A DNA stretch of 64,000 nucleotides from Squalus acanthias. Its lineage: Eukaryota. The notes beneath the pieces were generated by a model, which was not told the origin of the DNA, did no database searches, and was given only the letters and a program-made list of their open reading frames with translations. The translations under genes were made by a program, and so were the position numbers. Numbering within the stretch: the first letter of the stretch is position 1; each line of letters opens with the position of its first letter. The stretch spans positions 134,170,001-134,234,000 of the forward strand of contig CM059432.1 in NCBI GenBank assembly GCA_030390025.1, read 5' to 3'. This document shows positions 51,315-64,000 of this stretch, one piece after another.

Positions 51315-54048
51315 TTATAGTTTGAAATTGTTGAACTCAATGTTGAGTCCAGAAGGCTGTAAAGTGCCTAATCGAAAGATGAGGTGCTGTTCCTCGTGCT
51401 TACATTGAGCTTCACTGGGACAAAGTAAAGGCCGAGGACAGAGAGATCAGAGTGGGAGTGAAGCGGAGATTTAAAGTGACAGGCGACCGGAAGCTCAGGG
51501 TCACCCTTACGGACTGAACGGAGGTGTTCTTCAAAGCGGTCGCCCAATCTGCATTTGGTCTCCCCAATGTAGAGGAGACCGCATCGTGTATACTAAATTG
51601 CAAGAAGTACAAGTAAATCGCTGTTTCACCTAGAGGGCGTGTTTGGGGCCCTGGACAGTGGGAAGGGAGGAGGTAAAAGGGCATGTGTTGCATCTCCTGC
51701 GCTTGCACAGGAAGGAGCTAGGCGAAGGGGAAGGGCTGTTAGGGGCGATTGAGGAGTGGACCAGGGTGTTGTGGAGGGAGCGGTCCCTTCGGAATGCTGA
51801 AAGGGGAAGTGAGGGGAAGATGCATTTGGTGGTGGGATCACGTTGGAGGTGGTGGAAATGGTGGAGGATGATCAGTTGAATGTGGAGGCTGGTGGGGTGA
51901 AAGGTGAGGACAAGGGGAACCCTATCGTGGTTCTGGGAGGGAGGGGAAGGGGTGAGAGCAGAAGTGCGGGAAATGGAAAGGACACGGTCAAGGGCCGTGT
52001 CAACCACAGTAGAGGGGAATCCTCGGTTAAGGAAAAAGGAAGACATGTCGGAAGCACTGGTATGGAAGGTGGCATCGTCAGAACAGAGGCGGCGGAGATG
52101 GAGAAACTGGGAGAATGGAATAGAGTCCTTACAGGAAGCGGGGTGGGAGTAAGTGTAGTCCAGGTAGCTGTGGGAGTCAATGGGCTTGTAGTGGATGTTT
52201 GTCGAAAGCCGATCGTCAGAAATGGAGACGGAGAAGTCAAGGAAGGGAAGGGAAGAGTCGGAGATGGACCATGTGAAGGTGAGGGAAGGGTGGAAATTGG
52301 AAGTAAAGTGAATGAACTTATCTAGTTCAGGGCGAGAGCAGGAAACAGCACCGATACAGTCATCGATGTACCGGAAAAAGAGGTGAGGGAGGGGACCTGA
52401 GTAGGACTGGAACAAAGAATGTTCCACATATCCCATGAAAAGGCAGGCATAGCTAGGGCCCATGCGGGTTCCCATAGCAACACCTTTAATTTGGAGGAAG
52501 TAAGTGGAGTCAGAGGAGAAGTTGTTCAATGTGAGAACAAGTTCAGCCAGGCAGAGGAGGGTGGTGGTGGATGGGGACTGGTTGGGCCTCTGTTCAAGGA
52601 AGAAGCGGAGCGCCCTCAGGCCATCCTGGTGGGGGATGCAGGTGTAGAGGGATTGGACGTCCATAGTGAAAAGGAGACGGTTGGGGCCAGGAAACTGGAA
52701 ACTGTTAAAGTGACGGAGGGCGTCGGAAGAGTTGTGAATGTAGGTGGGAAGAGACTGGACAAGGGGAGAAAAAATAGAGTCGAGATAGGAAGAGATAAGT
52801 TCCGTAGGGCAAGAACAGGCTGAAACAATGGGTCTACCAGGGCAGTCCTGTTTGTGGATCTTGGGAAGGAGGTAGAAGCAGGTTGTGCGGGGTTGGGGGA
52901 CTATGAGGTTGGGGGCCATGGATGGAAGATCTCCAGAGGAGATGAGGTCAGTGACAGTCTTGGAAACAATTGCTTGATGTTTGCTAGTGGGGTCATGGTC
53001 CAGGCGGAGGTAGGAGGAGGTGTCGGAGAGTTGGTGTTCAGCTTCCGTGTGGTAGAGGTCGGTTCGCCAAACAACAACAGCACCACCCTTATCAGCAGGT
53101 TTAATGATAATGTTAGGTTTGGATCAGAGAGAACGGAGTGCTGCAAGTTCAGAGGGAGGTAGGTTGGAGTGAGAGAGGGGAGCAGAGAAATTGAGATGGC
53201 CGATGTCACGTCGGCAGTTAGCAATGAGCAATGAAAAGATCTAGAGAGGGTAGGAGGCCAGAGGGAGGGGTCCAGGTAGAACGAGAATTTTGAAAGCGGG
53301 AGAAAGGGTCAGCTGTGCGGGGGGAAGACTCCTGGCCAGAGAAGTGGGCATGGAGATGAAGGCGACGGAAAAAGAGCTCAGCATCGTGCCGATTGAGATG
53401 GGGGCGTAAGGGGATGAAGCTCAGGCCTTTGCTGAGGACTGATCGTTCGGGGTCAGAGAGGGGAAGGTCAGAGGGGATAGTGAAAACACGGCAGGGGGTG
53501 AGATTGGAAGAAGGGATGGGGTCAGAGGAAAATGAAGGGGAAGAAGGTTCCAGAGGGGCGTTGGTGTCCAAGAGTTGATGAAGCTTGCGATCCTTGACAT
53601 CAGAAAGGAAGAAAAAAAGTTTTTTGTTGAAGCGTCGGATGAGTCGAAGGATGAAATGGAACTGTGGACCCGGACAGCTTTGAGATAGAGTGCGTCGGTG
53701 CTACTGAAGAGAGAGGTTGAGAGCGTTCATGTGGCGGCGCATGGCGTTGAGCGTGGATCTCAAGATGCGGCGAGAGCAGTAGTTCGAGGAACGATGGATA
53801 TCTTGGAGATATTTGTAATCCTGGGTGGATCCAAAACACGAAGGGTGGAAGTTCAATTGGAATCCACGTGGAATAAGTCGGAACCGGAGACAGTTGCTGA
53901 GGAAAGAGATGTGGCTGTGAAACCGAGTCTTGGCAGATACCTGATCAAACACGAGAAGGGAAACTGAAAGCAATGAAGATGAACAAGGTTGAAGAGACAA
54001 ACGGAAATCCCGTCGAAAAGAAGAGCAGAACTTCTTCAGGGTGGGCAT
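51315..54048 (-). pseudogene. Penelope family B polyprotein (RT + GIY-YIG), multiply disrupted
   Basis: FLSNC..LIPRGF, VLSKGLSF, LPKIHK..GRPIVS, TMDVQSLYTCIP, GVAMGT, RYIDD, CKRRRCNTC; several stops and frameshifts, and a 14-bp deletion in the endonuclease at ~51588 relative to the upstream copy. Confidence 0.9.
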
Positions 54049-54181
54049 TCCTAGAAGAGAGGTGGCAGTGAACCACACTGATACAATAGCAAAATACTGA
54101 GGATGCTGGAAATCAGAAATAACAACAGAAAACGCTGGAAACACTCAGCAGGCCGGGCAGCATCTGTGGAGAGAGAAACAG

Positions 54182-54218
54182 AGTCAACGTTTCAGGTCTG
54201 GGACCCTTCATCAGAACT
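54182..54218 (-). ncRNA. Minimal type I hammerhead ribozyme (Penelope family B, upstream repeat)
   Basis: As 51096-51132, except stem I is AGUU/GACU (U-A changed to U.G wobble). Confidence 0.78.
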
Positions 54219-54398
54219 GGAAAAAGCTGGAGATGTAACAGCTATTAAGCAGGTGCAGAGACAGGGGGAGGGCTGGGGTTGGGTGGGAGCAGAGGAAGGA
54301 ATTTAAGGAACATACTGTGCTTATGTAAGAGGCAGGAAAGATAAAATGTTGCAAATGGGTATGGCAAAATCATACAGCATGAAAAATGGGGGCAGGGA

Positions 54399-54851
54399 TT
54401 ATTGTCTGAAATTGTTGAACTCGATGTTGAGTCCGGAAGGCTGTAAAGTGCCTAATCGAAAGATGAGGTGCTGTTCCTCGAGCTTACGTTGAGCTTCATT
54501 GGAACAATGTAATAGGCCGAGGACAGAGAGATCAGAGTGGGAGTGAAGTGGAGAATTAAATTGACAGGCGACCGAAAGCTCAGGGTCACCCTTACGGACT
54601 GAACGGAGGTGTTCCGCAAAGCGGTCGCCCAATCTGCATTTGGTCTCCCCAATGTAGAGGAGACCGCATCGTGAGCAGCGAATACAGTATACTAAATTGC
54701 AAGAAGTACAAGTAAATCGCTGTTTCACCTGGAAGGGGTGTTTGGGGCCCTGGACAGTGGGAAGGGAGGAGGTAAAAGGGCAGGTGTTGCATCTCCTGCG
54801 CTTGCATGGGAAGGTGCCAGGCGAAGGGGAAGGGCTGTTAGGGGTGATTGA
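54399..54851 (-). pseudogene. Duplicate GIY-YIG endonuclease C-terminus in the upstream Penelope repeat
   Basis: LVYCIRCSRCGLLYIGET..RFAEH..EEQHLI..GLN in track ORF 54399-54728; no RT upstream. Confidence 0.85.
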
Positions 54852-57800
54852 AGCTTGTGATCCTTGACATCAGAAAGGAAGAAAAAAAGTTTTTTGTTGT
54901 ATATCTGTATTAAATACACATGTTGTATATCTGGGTTAATTACACATTTTGCATATCTGTGCTAAATAGACATCTTGTAAATCTGTGTTAAATGCTCATG
55001 TTGTATATCTGTTTTAAATGCAATGTTGTATATCTGTGTTCAATACACTTGTTGTATATCTGTGTTAAATGCACTTGTTGTATATCTGTGTTAAATACCC
55101 ATGTTGTATATCTGTGCTAAATGCAATGTTGTATATCTATGTTAAATAAACTTGTTGTATATCAGTGTTAAATGCACTTGTTGTATATCTGTGTTAAAAG
55201 CTAATGTTGTATATCTGTGTTAAGTACGCCTGTTGTATATTTGGTTCAATACATCTGTTGCGTATCAGTGTTAAATACAGCTGTTGTATATCTGTGTTAA
55301 ATACACCTGTTGAATATTTGTGTTAAATACACCTCTTGTATATCTGTGCTAAATACCAATGTTGTATATCTGTGCTAAATACACATGTTGTATAGCTGTG
55401 TAAAATATGCCTGTTGTATATCTTTGCTAAGTACCCATGTTGTATATCTGTATTAAATGCACCTCTTGTATATCTGTGCTAAATACCCATGTTGTATATC
55501 TGTGCTAAATACTCATGTTGTATATCTGTGCTAAATACCCAATTTGTATATTTATGTTAAATGCACATGTTGTATATCTGTGTTCAATACACTTGTTGTA
55601 TATCTGTGTTCAATACACGTGTTGTATATCTGTGTTAAATGTACTTGTTTATATCTGTATTAAATGCTCATGTTGTATATGTGTATTAAGTACACCTGTT
55701 GTATATTTGGTTCAGTACATCTGTTGTATATCAGTGTTAAATACACCTGTTGAATATCTGTGTTAAATGCACCTGTGGTATATCTGTGTTAAATACACCT
55801 GTTGTATATCTGTGTTAAATGCACCTGTGGTGTATCTGTGTTAAATACAGCAGTTGTATATCTGTGTTAAATACACATGTTGAGTATTTGTGTTAAATAC
55901 ACCTGTTGTATATCTGTGTGAAATACACCTGTTGTATATCTTTGCTAAATACCCATATTGTATATCTGTGTTAAATGCACCTGTTGTATATTTGTGTTAA
56001 ATACAACTGTTGTATATCTGTGTTAAATACACTTGTTTTATATCTGTGCTAAATACACCTGTTGTATATTTGTGTTAAAGACACCTGTTGTATATCTGTG
56101 TAAAATACGCCTGTTTTATAACTGTTTTAAATACACATGTTGCTTATCTGTGTTAAATACACCTGTTGGATATATTTGACAAATACACCTGTTGTATATC
56201 TTTGTTAAATAACCCTGCTGTATATCTGTGTTAATTACCCATGTTGTATATCTATTTTAAATGCACCTGTTGTATAGCTTTGATAAATAACCCTGTTGTA
56301 TATCTGTGTTCAACACACCAGTTGTATATCTGTGTTAAATACCCTTGTTGTATATCTGTGTTCAATACAATTTTGTATATCTACGCTAAATAAACCTCTT
56401 GTATATCTCTGTTCAATACATTTGTTGAATAGCTGTGTTAAATACACATGTTGTATAGCTGTGTTCAAGACACCTGTTGTATATCTGTGTTAGATTCGCC
56501 TGTTGTATATCTTTTTAAAATACTGCTGTTGTATATCTCTGTTAAATACACCTGTTCTTTATTTGTGTGAAATATACCTGTTGTATATTCGTGATAAATA
56601 CCAATGCTTTATATCTATGTTAAATACCTATGTTGTATATCTGTGTGAAATACACCTGTTTTATATCTGTGTGAAATACACCTGTTTTATATCCGTGTTA
56701 AATACACCTGTTGTATATCTGTGTTAAATACACCTGTTCTATATTTTTGACAAATACACCTGCTGTATATATGTGTTAAATGCCCATGTTGTACATCTAT
56801 TTTAAATGCACCTGTTGTATAACTTTGTTAAATATCCTTGTTGTATATCTGTGTTAATTGCCCATGTTGTATATTAATTTTAAATGCACCTGTTGTATAT
56901 CTTTGATAAATAATCCTGTTGTATATCTGTGTTAATTACATCTGTTGTATATCCATGTTAAATATCCATGTTGTATATCTGTGTTAAATACACCTGTTGT
57001 ATATCTATGCTAAATACCCATGTTGTATATCTGTATTAAAAGCACCTCTTGTATATCTCTGCTAAATACCCATGTTGTATATCTGTGCTAAATACCCATG
57101 TTGTATATCTGTGTTAAATACCCAGTTGTATATCTGTGTTAAATGCACGTGTTGTATATCTGTGTTCAATACACTTGTTGTATATCTGTGTTAAATGCAC
57201 TTGTTGTATATCTGTGTTAAATGCTCATGTTGTATATCTGTGTTAAGTACACCTGTTGCATATTTGGTTCAATACATCTGTTGTATATCAGTGTTAAATA
57301 CACCTGTTGTATATCTGTGTTAAATGCACCTGTGGTATATCTGTGTTAAATACAACTGTTGTATATCTGTGTTAAATACGCTTGTTTTAAATCTGTGCTA
57401 AATACACCTGTTGTATATTTGTGTTGAATACACCTGTTGTATATTTGTGTTGAACACACCTGTTGTATATCTGTGTTAAATACACCTGTTGTATATTTGT
57501 GTTGAATACACCTGTTGTATATCTGTGTTAAATACACCTGTTGTATATTTCTGACAAATACACCTGTTGTATATCTTTGTTAAATAACCCAGCTGTATAT
57601 CTGTGTTAATTACCCATGTTGTATATCTATTTTAAATGCACCTGTTGTATATCTTTGATAAATAACCCTGTTATATATCTGTGTTCAATACATTTGCTGA
57701 ATGTCTGTGTTAAATGCTCATGTTGTATATCTGTGTTCAACACACCAGTTGTATATCTGTGTTAAATACCCTTGTTGTATCTCTGTGTTCAATACACTTT

Positions 57801-58157
57801 TTGTATATCTATGCTAAATAAACCTGTTGTATATCTGTGTTCAATACATTTGTTGAATATCTGTGTTAAATACACATGTTCTTTAGCTGTGCTAAATACA
57901 CATGTTGTATATCTGGGTTAAGTACACCTGTAGTATATCTGTGTTCAAGACACCTGTTGTATATCTAAGAACATAAGAAATAGGAGCAGGAGTAGGCCAA
58001 TCAGCCCTTCGAGCCTGCTCCGCCATTCAATAAGATCATGGCTGATCTGATCCTCACCTCAAATCTAAAGAACACAAGAAGTAGGAGCAGGACCTGGCCA
58101 CTCAGCCCCTGGGCCCGCTACGCCACCCACAGGGCCTCGACTGATCCGAACTCAGCC

Positions 58158-60927
58158 TCATGTCCAATTTCCTGCCCGCTCCTCATAACCCCTAATTCCC
58201 TTTACTTCTAGGAAACTGTCTATTTTTGTTTTAAATTTATTTAATGATGTAGCTTCCACAGCTTCCTGGGGCAGCAAATTCCACAGACCTACTACCCTCT
58301 GAGTGAAGAAGTTTCTCCTCATCTCAGTTTTGAAAGAGCAGCCCCTTATTCTAAGATTATGCCCCCTAGTTCTAGTTTCACCCATCCTTGGGAACATCCT
58401 TACCGCATCCACCCGATCAAGCCCCTTCACAATCTTATATGTTTCAATAAGATCGCCTCTCACTCTTCTGAACTCCAATGAGTAGAGTCCCAATCTACAC
58501 AACCTCTCCTCATATGTCCACCCCCTCATCCCCGGGATTAACCGAGTGAACCTTCTTTGTACTGCCTCGAGAGCAAGTATGTCTTTTCTTAAGTATGGAC
58601 ACCAAAACTGTATGTAGTATTCCAGGTGCGGTCTCACCAATACCTTATATAACTGCAGCAATACCTCCCTGTTTTTATAATCTTTCCCCCTAGCAATAAA
58701 AGCCAACATTCCGCTGGCCTTCTTGATCACCTGCTGCACCTACATACTAACTTTTTGATTTTCTTGCACTAGGACCCCCAGATCTCTTTGTACTGCAGTA
58801 CTTTCCAGTTTCTTGCCATTAAGATAATAACTTGCTCTCTGATTTTTCTTGCCAAAATGCATAACCTCACATTTTCCAATATTGTATTGCATCTGCCAAA
58901 TCTCCGCCCACTCACCCAGCCTGTCTATATCCCCTTGTAGGTTTTTTATGTCCTCCTCACTTTCTACTTTCCCTCCCATCTTTGTATCATCTGCAAACTT
59001 TGATATGTTACACTCGGTCCCCTCCTCCAAATCGTTAATATAGATTGTAAAGAGTTGGGGACCCAGCACCGACCCTTGCGGAACACCACTGGCTACTGGT
59101 TGCCAGTCCGAGAATGAACCATTTATCCCAACTCTCTGCTTCCTGTTAGATAACCAATCCTCCATCCATGCCAGAATATTCCCCCAATCCAGTGATTTTT
59201 ATCTTGAGCAATAATCTTTTATGTGTCACCTTGTCGAATGCCTTCTGGAAGTCTAAATACACTACGTCCACTGGTTCCCCTTTATCCACCCTGTACGTTA
59301 TGTCCTCAAAGAACTCAAGCAAATTTGTCAGACATGACTTCCCCTTCATAAAGCCATGCTGACTTTGCCCTATTAAATTATGTTTATCTAAATGTTCTGT
59401 TACTGTCTCCTTAATAATAGACTCCAAAATTTTACCCACCACAGATGTTAGGCTAACTGGTCTATAATTTCCAGCCTTCTGCCTACTACCCTTTTTAAAT
59501 ATGGTGTTACATTAGCAGTTTTCCAATCTGCCGGGACCTTTGCTGAGTCCAGGGAATTTTGGAAAATTATTACCAAAGCATCCACAATCCCTACTGCCAC
59601 TTCCCTCAAGACCCTAGGATATAAGCCATTAGGTCCAGGGGATTTATCCACCTTGAGTCCCGTTATTTTACTGAGTACCAATTCCTTAGTGATTTTAATC
59701 GTATTTAGCTCCTCCCCCCCTAGAGCCCCCTGTTTGTCCAGTGTTGGGATATTCTTAGTGTCCTCTACCGTAAAGACTGAAACAAAATATTTGTTCAGCA
59801 TTTTTGCCATCTCCATGTTTCCCACCATTAATTTCCTGGTCTCATCCTCTAAGGGACCTACGTTTGCCTTAGCCACCCTTTTTCTTTTTATATAACTATA
59901 GAAACTCTTGCTATCTGTTTTTATATTTTTTGCTAATTTATTTTCATAATCTATCTTCCCTTTCTTAATCAATCCTTTAGTTACTTTTTGCTGTCTTTTG
60001 AAGACTTCCCAATCTTCTATCCTCCCACTAAGTTTGGCTACCTTATATGTCCTTGTTTTTAGTTGGATACTATCCTTAATTTCTTTACTTAGCCACGGAT
60101 GGCTGTCATTTCTTTTACACCCTTTCTTCCTCAGTGGAATATATATTTTTTGAAAGTTGTAAAATAACTCCTTGAATGAACACCACTGCTCATGTACCGT
60201 CTTACCCTTTAATCTATTTTCCCAGTCCACTTTAATCAATTCCGCTCTCATATACATAGATACATAGAAGAAGATACATAGAAGATAGGAACAGGAGTAG
60301 GCCATCCGGCCCTTCGAGCCTGCTCCGCCATTTAATGAGATCATGGCTGATCCTCCAATTCAGTATCCCGTCCCCGCCTTCTCTCCGTAACCCTTAACCC
60401 CTTTTGCCTGTAGAAATATATCTAATTCCCTCTTAAATATATTTAATGAGCTGGCGTACACTGCCCTCTGTGGCAATGAGTTCCACAGGTTCACCACCCT
60501 CATCATAGTCTCCTTTATTCAAGCTCAGTACGCTTGTTTGAGAACCAACCTTCTCACCCTCTAATTGGATATGGAATTCAACCATGTTATGGTCACTCAT
60601 TCCAAGGGGATCCTTAACTAGGACATTGTTAATTAATCCTGACTCATTACACAGGACCAGGTCCAAGGTTGCTTGCCCCCTTGTAGGATCAGTTACATAC
60701 TGCTCAAGAAATCCATCCCTAATACACTCAATAAACTCTTCCTCAAGGCTGCCCTGCCCAATTTGATTTGTCCAGTTAATATGATAGTTAAAATCCCCCA
60801 TAATTATAGCTGTTCCAATATTACATGCCCCAACTATTTCCTGATTAATACTTCTTCTAGCAGAGTTGCAACTATTAGGAGGCCTATATACTACTCCCAC
60901 TAGTGCTTTTTTCCCCTTATTATTCCT
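58158..60927 (-). pseudogene. CR1 ORF2, disrupted
   Basis: TAG at 58740-58742, frameshifts near 59185 and 59495, interruption at 60253-60500. Confidence 0.9.
60253..60500 (-). mobile_element. Nested 5'-truncated CR1 3' end (~250 bp)
   Basis: Collinear with 7165-7405; tail repeat TATCTATG; splits the host codons NKGDYD|MRAEL. Confidence 0.9.
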
Positions 60928-63900
60928 TATCTGTGTTAGATTCGCCTGTTGTATATCTGTGTTAAATACAGCTGTTGTATATCTCTGTTAAATACACCTG
61001 TTGTATATTTGTGTTAAATACACCTGCTGTATATCGGTGTTAAATACACCTGTTGTATATCTTTGCTAAATACCCATGTTGTATATCTGTGTGAAATACA
61101 CCTGTTGTATATCTGTGTAAAATACACCTGCTGCATATTTTTGACAAATACACCTGCTGTATATCTGTGTTAAATACCCATGTTGTATATCTATTTTAAA
61201 TGCACCTATTGTATATCTTTGATAAATAACCCTGTTGTATATCTGTGTTAATTACATCTGTTGTATATCTATGCTAAATACCCACGTTGTATATCTGTGT
61301 TAAATGCAGCTTTTGTATATCTGTGTTAAATACACATGTTGTATATCTGTGTTAAATAAACCTGTTGTATATCTTTGCTAAATACCCAAATTGTATAACT
61401 GTCTTAAATGCACCTCTTGTATATCTGTGCTAAATACCCATGTCGTGTATCTGTGTTAAATATACATGTTATATATCTGTGTTAAATACACCTGTTGTAT
61501 ATCCGTGTTAAATAGCCATGTTGTATATCTGTGTTAAATAAACCTGTTGTATATCTTTGGTAAATACCCATGTTGTATATCAGTGTTAAATGCATTTGTT
61601 GTATATCTGTTTTAAATACACAAGTTGTATATCTGCACTAGATACACATGTTGTATATCTGTGTTAAATGATCATGTTTTATATCTGTGTTAAATACACC
61701 TGTTGTATATCTGTGTTAAATACACATTTTGTATGTCTGTGTTAAATACAAGTGTTGTATATCTGTGCTGAATACACATGTTGTATATCTGTGTTAAATG
61801 CTCATGTTTTATATCTGTGTTAAATACGCCTGATGTATATCTGTGTTAAATACACATTTTGTATGTCTGTGTTAAATGTCTGTGTTGTATATCTGTGCTG
61901 AATACACATGTTGCATATCTGTGTTAAATGCTCATGTTTTATATCTGTGTTAAATACGCCTGATGTATATCTGTGTTAAATACACCTGTTGTATATTTTT
62001 GATAAATGCACCTGCAATATAAATGTGTTAAATACCCATGTTGTATATCTATATTAAATGCACCTGTTGTATATCTTTGTTAAATAACCCTATTGTATAT
62101 CTGTGTTAATTACATCTGTTGTATATCCGTGTTCAATAGCCATGTTGTATATCTGTGTTAAATAAACCTGTCGTATATCTTTGGTAAATACCCATGTTGT
62201 ATATCTATGCTAAATAAACCAGTTGTATATCTGTGTTAAATACACAAGTTGTATATCTGCACTAGATACACATGTTGTATATCTGTGTTAAATGATCATG
62301 TTTTATATCTGTGTTAAATACACCTGTTGTATATCTGTGTTAAATACACATTTTGTATGTCTGTGTTAAATACAAGTGTTGTATATCTGTGCTGAATACA
62401 CATGTTGTATATCTGTGTTAAATGCTCATGTTTTATATCTGTGTTAAATACGCCTGATGTATATCTGTGTTAAATACACATTTTGTATGTCTGTGTTAAA
62501 TGTCTGTGTTGTATATCTGTGCTGAATACACATGTTGTATATCTGTGTTAAATGCTCATGTTTTATATCTGTGTTAAATACGCCTGATGTATATCTGTGC
62601 TAAATACCCTTGTTATATATCTGTGTTAAATACACCTGTTGTATATTTTTGATAAATGCACCTGCAATATATATGTGTTAAATACCCATGTTGTATATCT
62701 ATATTAAATGCACCTGTTGTATATCTTTGTTAAATAACCCTATTGTATATCTGTGTTAATTACATCTGTTGTATATCCGTGTTCAATAGCCATGTTGTAT
62801 ATCTGTGTTAAATAAACCTGTTGTATATCTTTGGTAAATACCCATGTTGTATATCTATGCTAAATAAACCAGTTGTATATCTGTGTTAAATACACTTGTT
62901 GTATAGCGGTGCTAAATTCAAATGTTGTAGAACTGGTTTAAGTACACCTGTTGCATATCTGTGTTAAATACACCTGTAGTATATCTGTGTTCAATACACC
63001 TGTTGTATATCTGTGTTAGATTCGCCTGTTGTATATCTGTGTTAAATACAGCTGTTGTATATCTTTGTTAAATACACCTGTTGTATATTTGTGTTAAGTA
63101 TACCTGTTGTATATCTGTGTTAAATACCAATGCTTTATATCTATGTTAAATACCCATGTTGTATATCTGTGTTAAATACACCTGCTGTATATCAGTGTTA
63201 AATGCACCTCTTGTCTATCTTTGATAAATCCCCATGTTGTACATCTGTGTTAAATACACCTGCTGTATATCAATGTTAAATACTGCTGTTGTATATCTTT
63301 ACTAAATACCCATGTTGTATATCTGTGTTAATTGCATCTGTGCTTAATACAGCTGTTGTATTTCTGTGTTAAATACGCCTGTTGTATATCTGTGTTAAAT
63401 ACATTTGTTTTATATCTGTGCTTAATATGCCTGTTGTATATGTGTGTTAAAGACACCTGTTCTATATCTGTGTGAAATACACCTGTTTTATATCTGTGTT
63501 AAATACACCTGTTGTATATCTGTGTTAAATACACCTGTTGTATATTTTTGACAAATACACCTGCTGTATATCTGTGTTAAATACCCATGTTGTATATCTA
63601 TTTTAAATGCGCCTGTTGTATATCATTGTTAAATAAACCTGTTGTATATCTGTGTTAAATACCCATGTTGTATATCTGTGTTCAATAAACTTTTTGTATA
63701 ACTATGCTAAATAAACCTGGTGTATATCTCAGTTCAATACATTTGTTGAATATCTGTGTTAAATACACATGTTGTATAGCTGTGCTAAATACAAATGTTG
63801 TAGAACTGGTTTAAGTACACCTGTTGTATATCTGTGTTAAATACACCTGTAGTATATCTGTGTTAGATTCACCTGTTGTATATCTGTGTTAAATACAGCT

Positions 63901-64000
63901 GTTGTATATCTTTGTTAAATACACCTGTTGTATATTTGTGTTAAATATACCTGTTGTATATCTGTGTTAAATACCAATGCTTTATATCTAAGTTCAATAC
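60928..64000 (+). repeat. 26-bp satellite, distal block with a 624-bp (24-mer) repeat
   Basis: Rare variant ACTAGATACA at 61637 and 62261 (624 = 24 x 26). Confidence 0.95.

Larger units (their letters stand above)
51033..54899 (-). mobile_element. Penelope-like retroelement (family B), decayed partial tandem with ~720-bp direct repeats
   Basis: 51033-~51752 is repeated at 54119-~54851 with scattered differences; fragmented RT + GIY-YIG ORF on the minus strand; a hammerhead in each repeat. Confidence 0.93.
47106..57966 (+). repeat. 26-bp satellite, more diverged block, interrupted by Penelope family B
   Basis: Same monomer and orientation, with more substitutions and indels. Confidence 0.95.
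57967..60927 (-). mobile_element. CR1-clade LINE, 5'-truncated in the endonuclease, with a doubled 3' tail and a nested CR1
   Basis: RT fragments (QHGF, LDFQKAFD, GVPQGSVLGP, FADD); tail TTCTTATGTTCTT; TATCT on both sides (57962-57966, 60928-60932), judged against the empty paralogous site at ~56466-56502. Confidence 0.93.

Noticed and set aside
51029..54919. Plus-strand ORFs over the Penelope B element
   Set aside because: Antisense shadows of the pyrimidine-rich minus-strand RT frame.
2160..57537. Dozens of Cys/Tyr/Val-rich ORFs (..LYICVKYTCCISVLNTPVVYLC) and their antisense counterparts
   Set aside because: Direct translations of the 26-bp satellite cycling through frames; open only where a TAA is mutated; no splice or promoter context.
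1..64000. CRISPR-like repeat/spacer array
   Set aside because: The variable part is only ~5 nt and recurrent, with no unique spacers or cas genes, in a eukaryotic TE context.

Overview
Eukaryotic, gene-free, heterochromatin-like window. The CR1 3' tails resemble HE1/HER1 and the Penelope/Harbinger families fit a cartilaginous fish (inference). About 70% is one head-to-tail AT-rich 26-bp satellite (consensus ~TGTTGTATATCTGTGTTAAATACACC) with local higher-order repeats. It is interrupted at ten sites by transposable elements. CR1 LINEs: two long decayed copies (one with an SGNH-esterase ORF1, one with a doubled 3' tail and a nested CR1) and a 200-bp tail fragment. Penelope-like (RT + GIY-YIG) elements: two copies from different families with terminal direct repeats carrying minimal type I hammerhead ribozymes, plus a 90-bp solo hammerhead/pLTR insertion. 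PIF/Harbinger-like elements: a truncated copy with a spliced Myb/SANT gene, and four MITEs, one nested in a relative. No host gene, CRISPR array or prokaryotic system is supported; the Cys-rich ORFs are satellite translation artefacts. The most notable items are the covarying hammerheads and the 90-bp ribozyme mini-element, a conserved hairpin + CCAAT/E-box + splice-donor cassette in the MITE family, and an apparently TSD-less nested MITE insertion.
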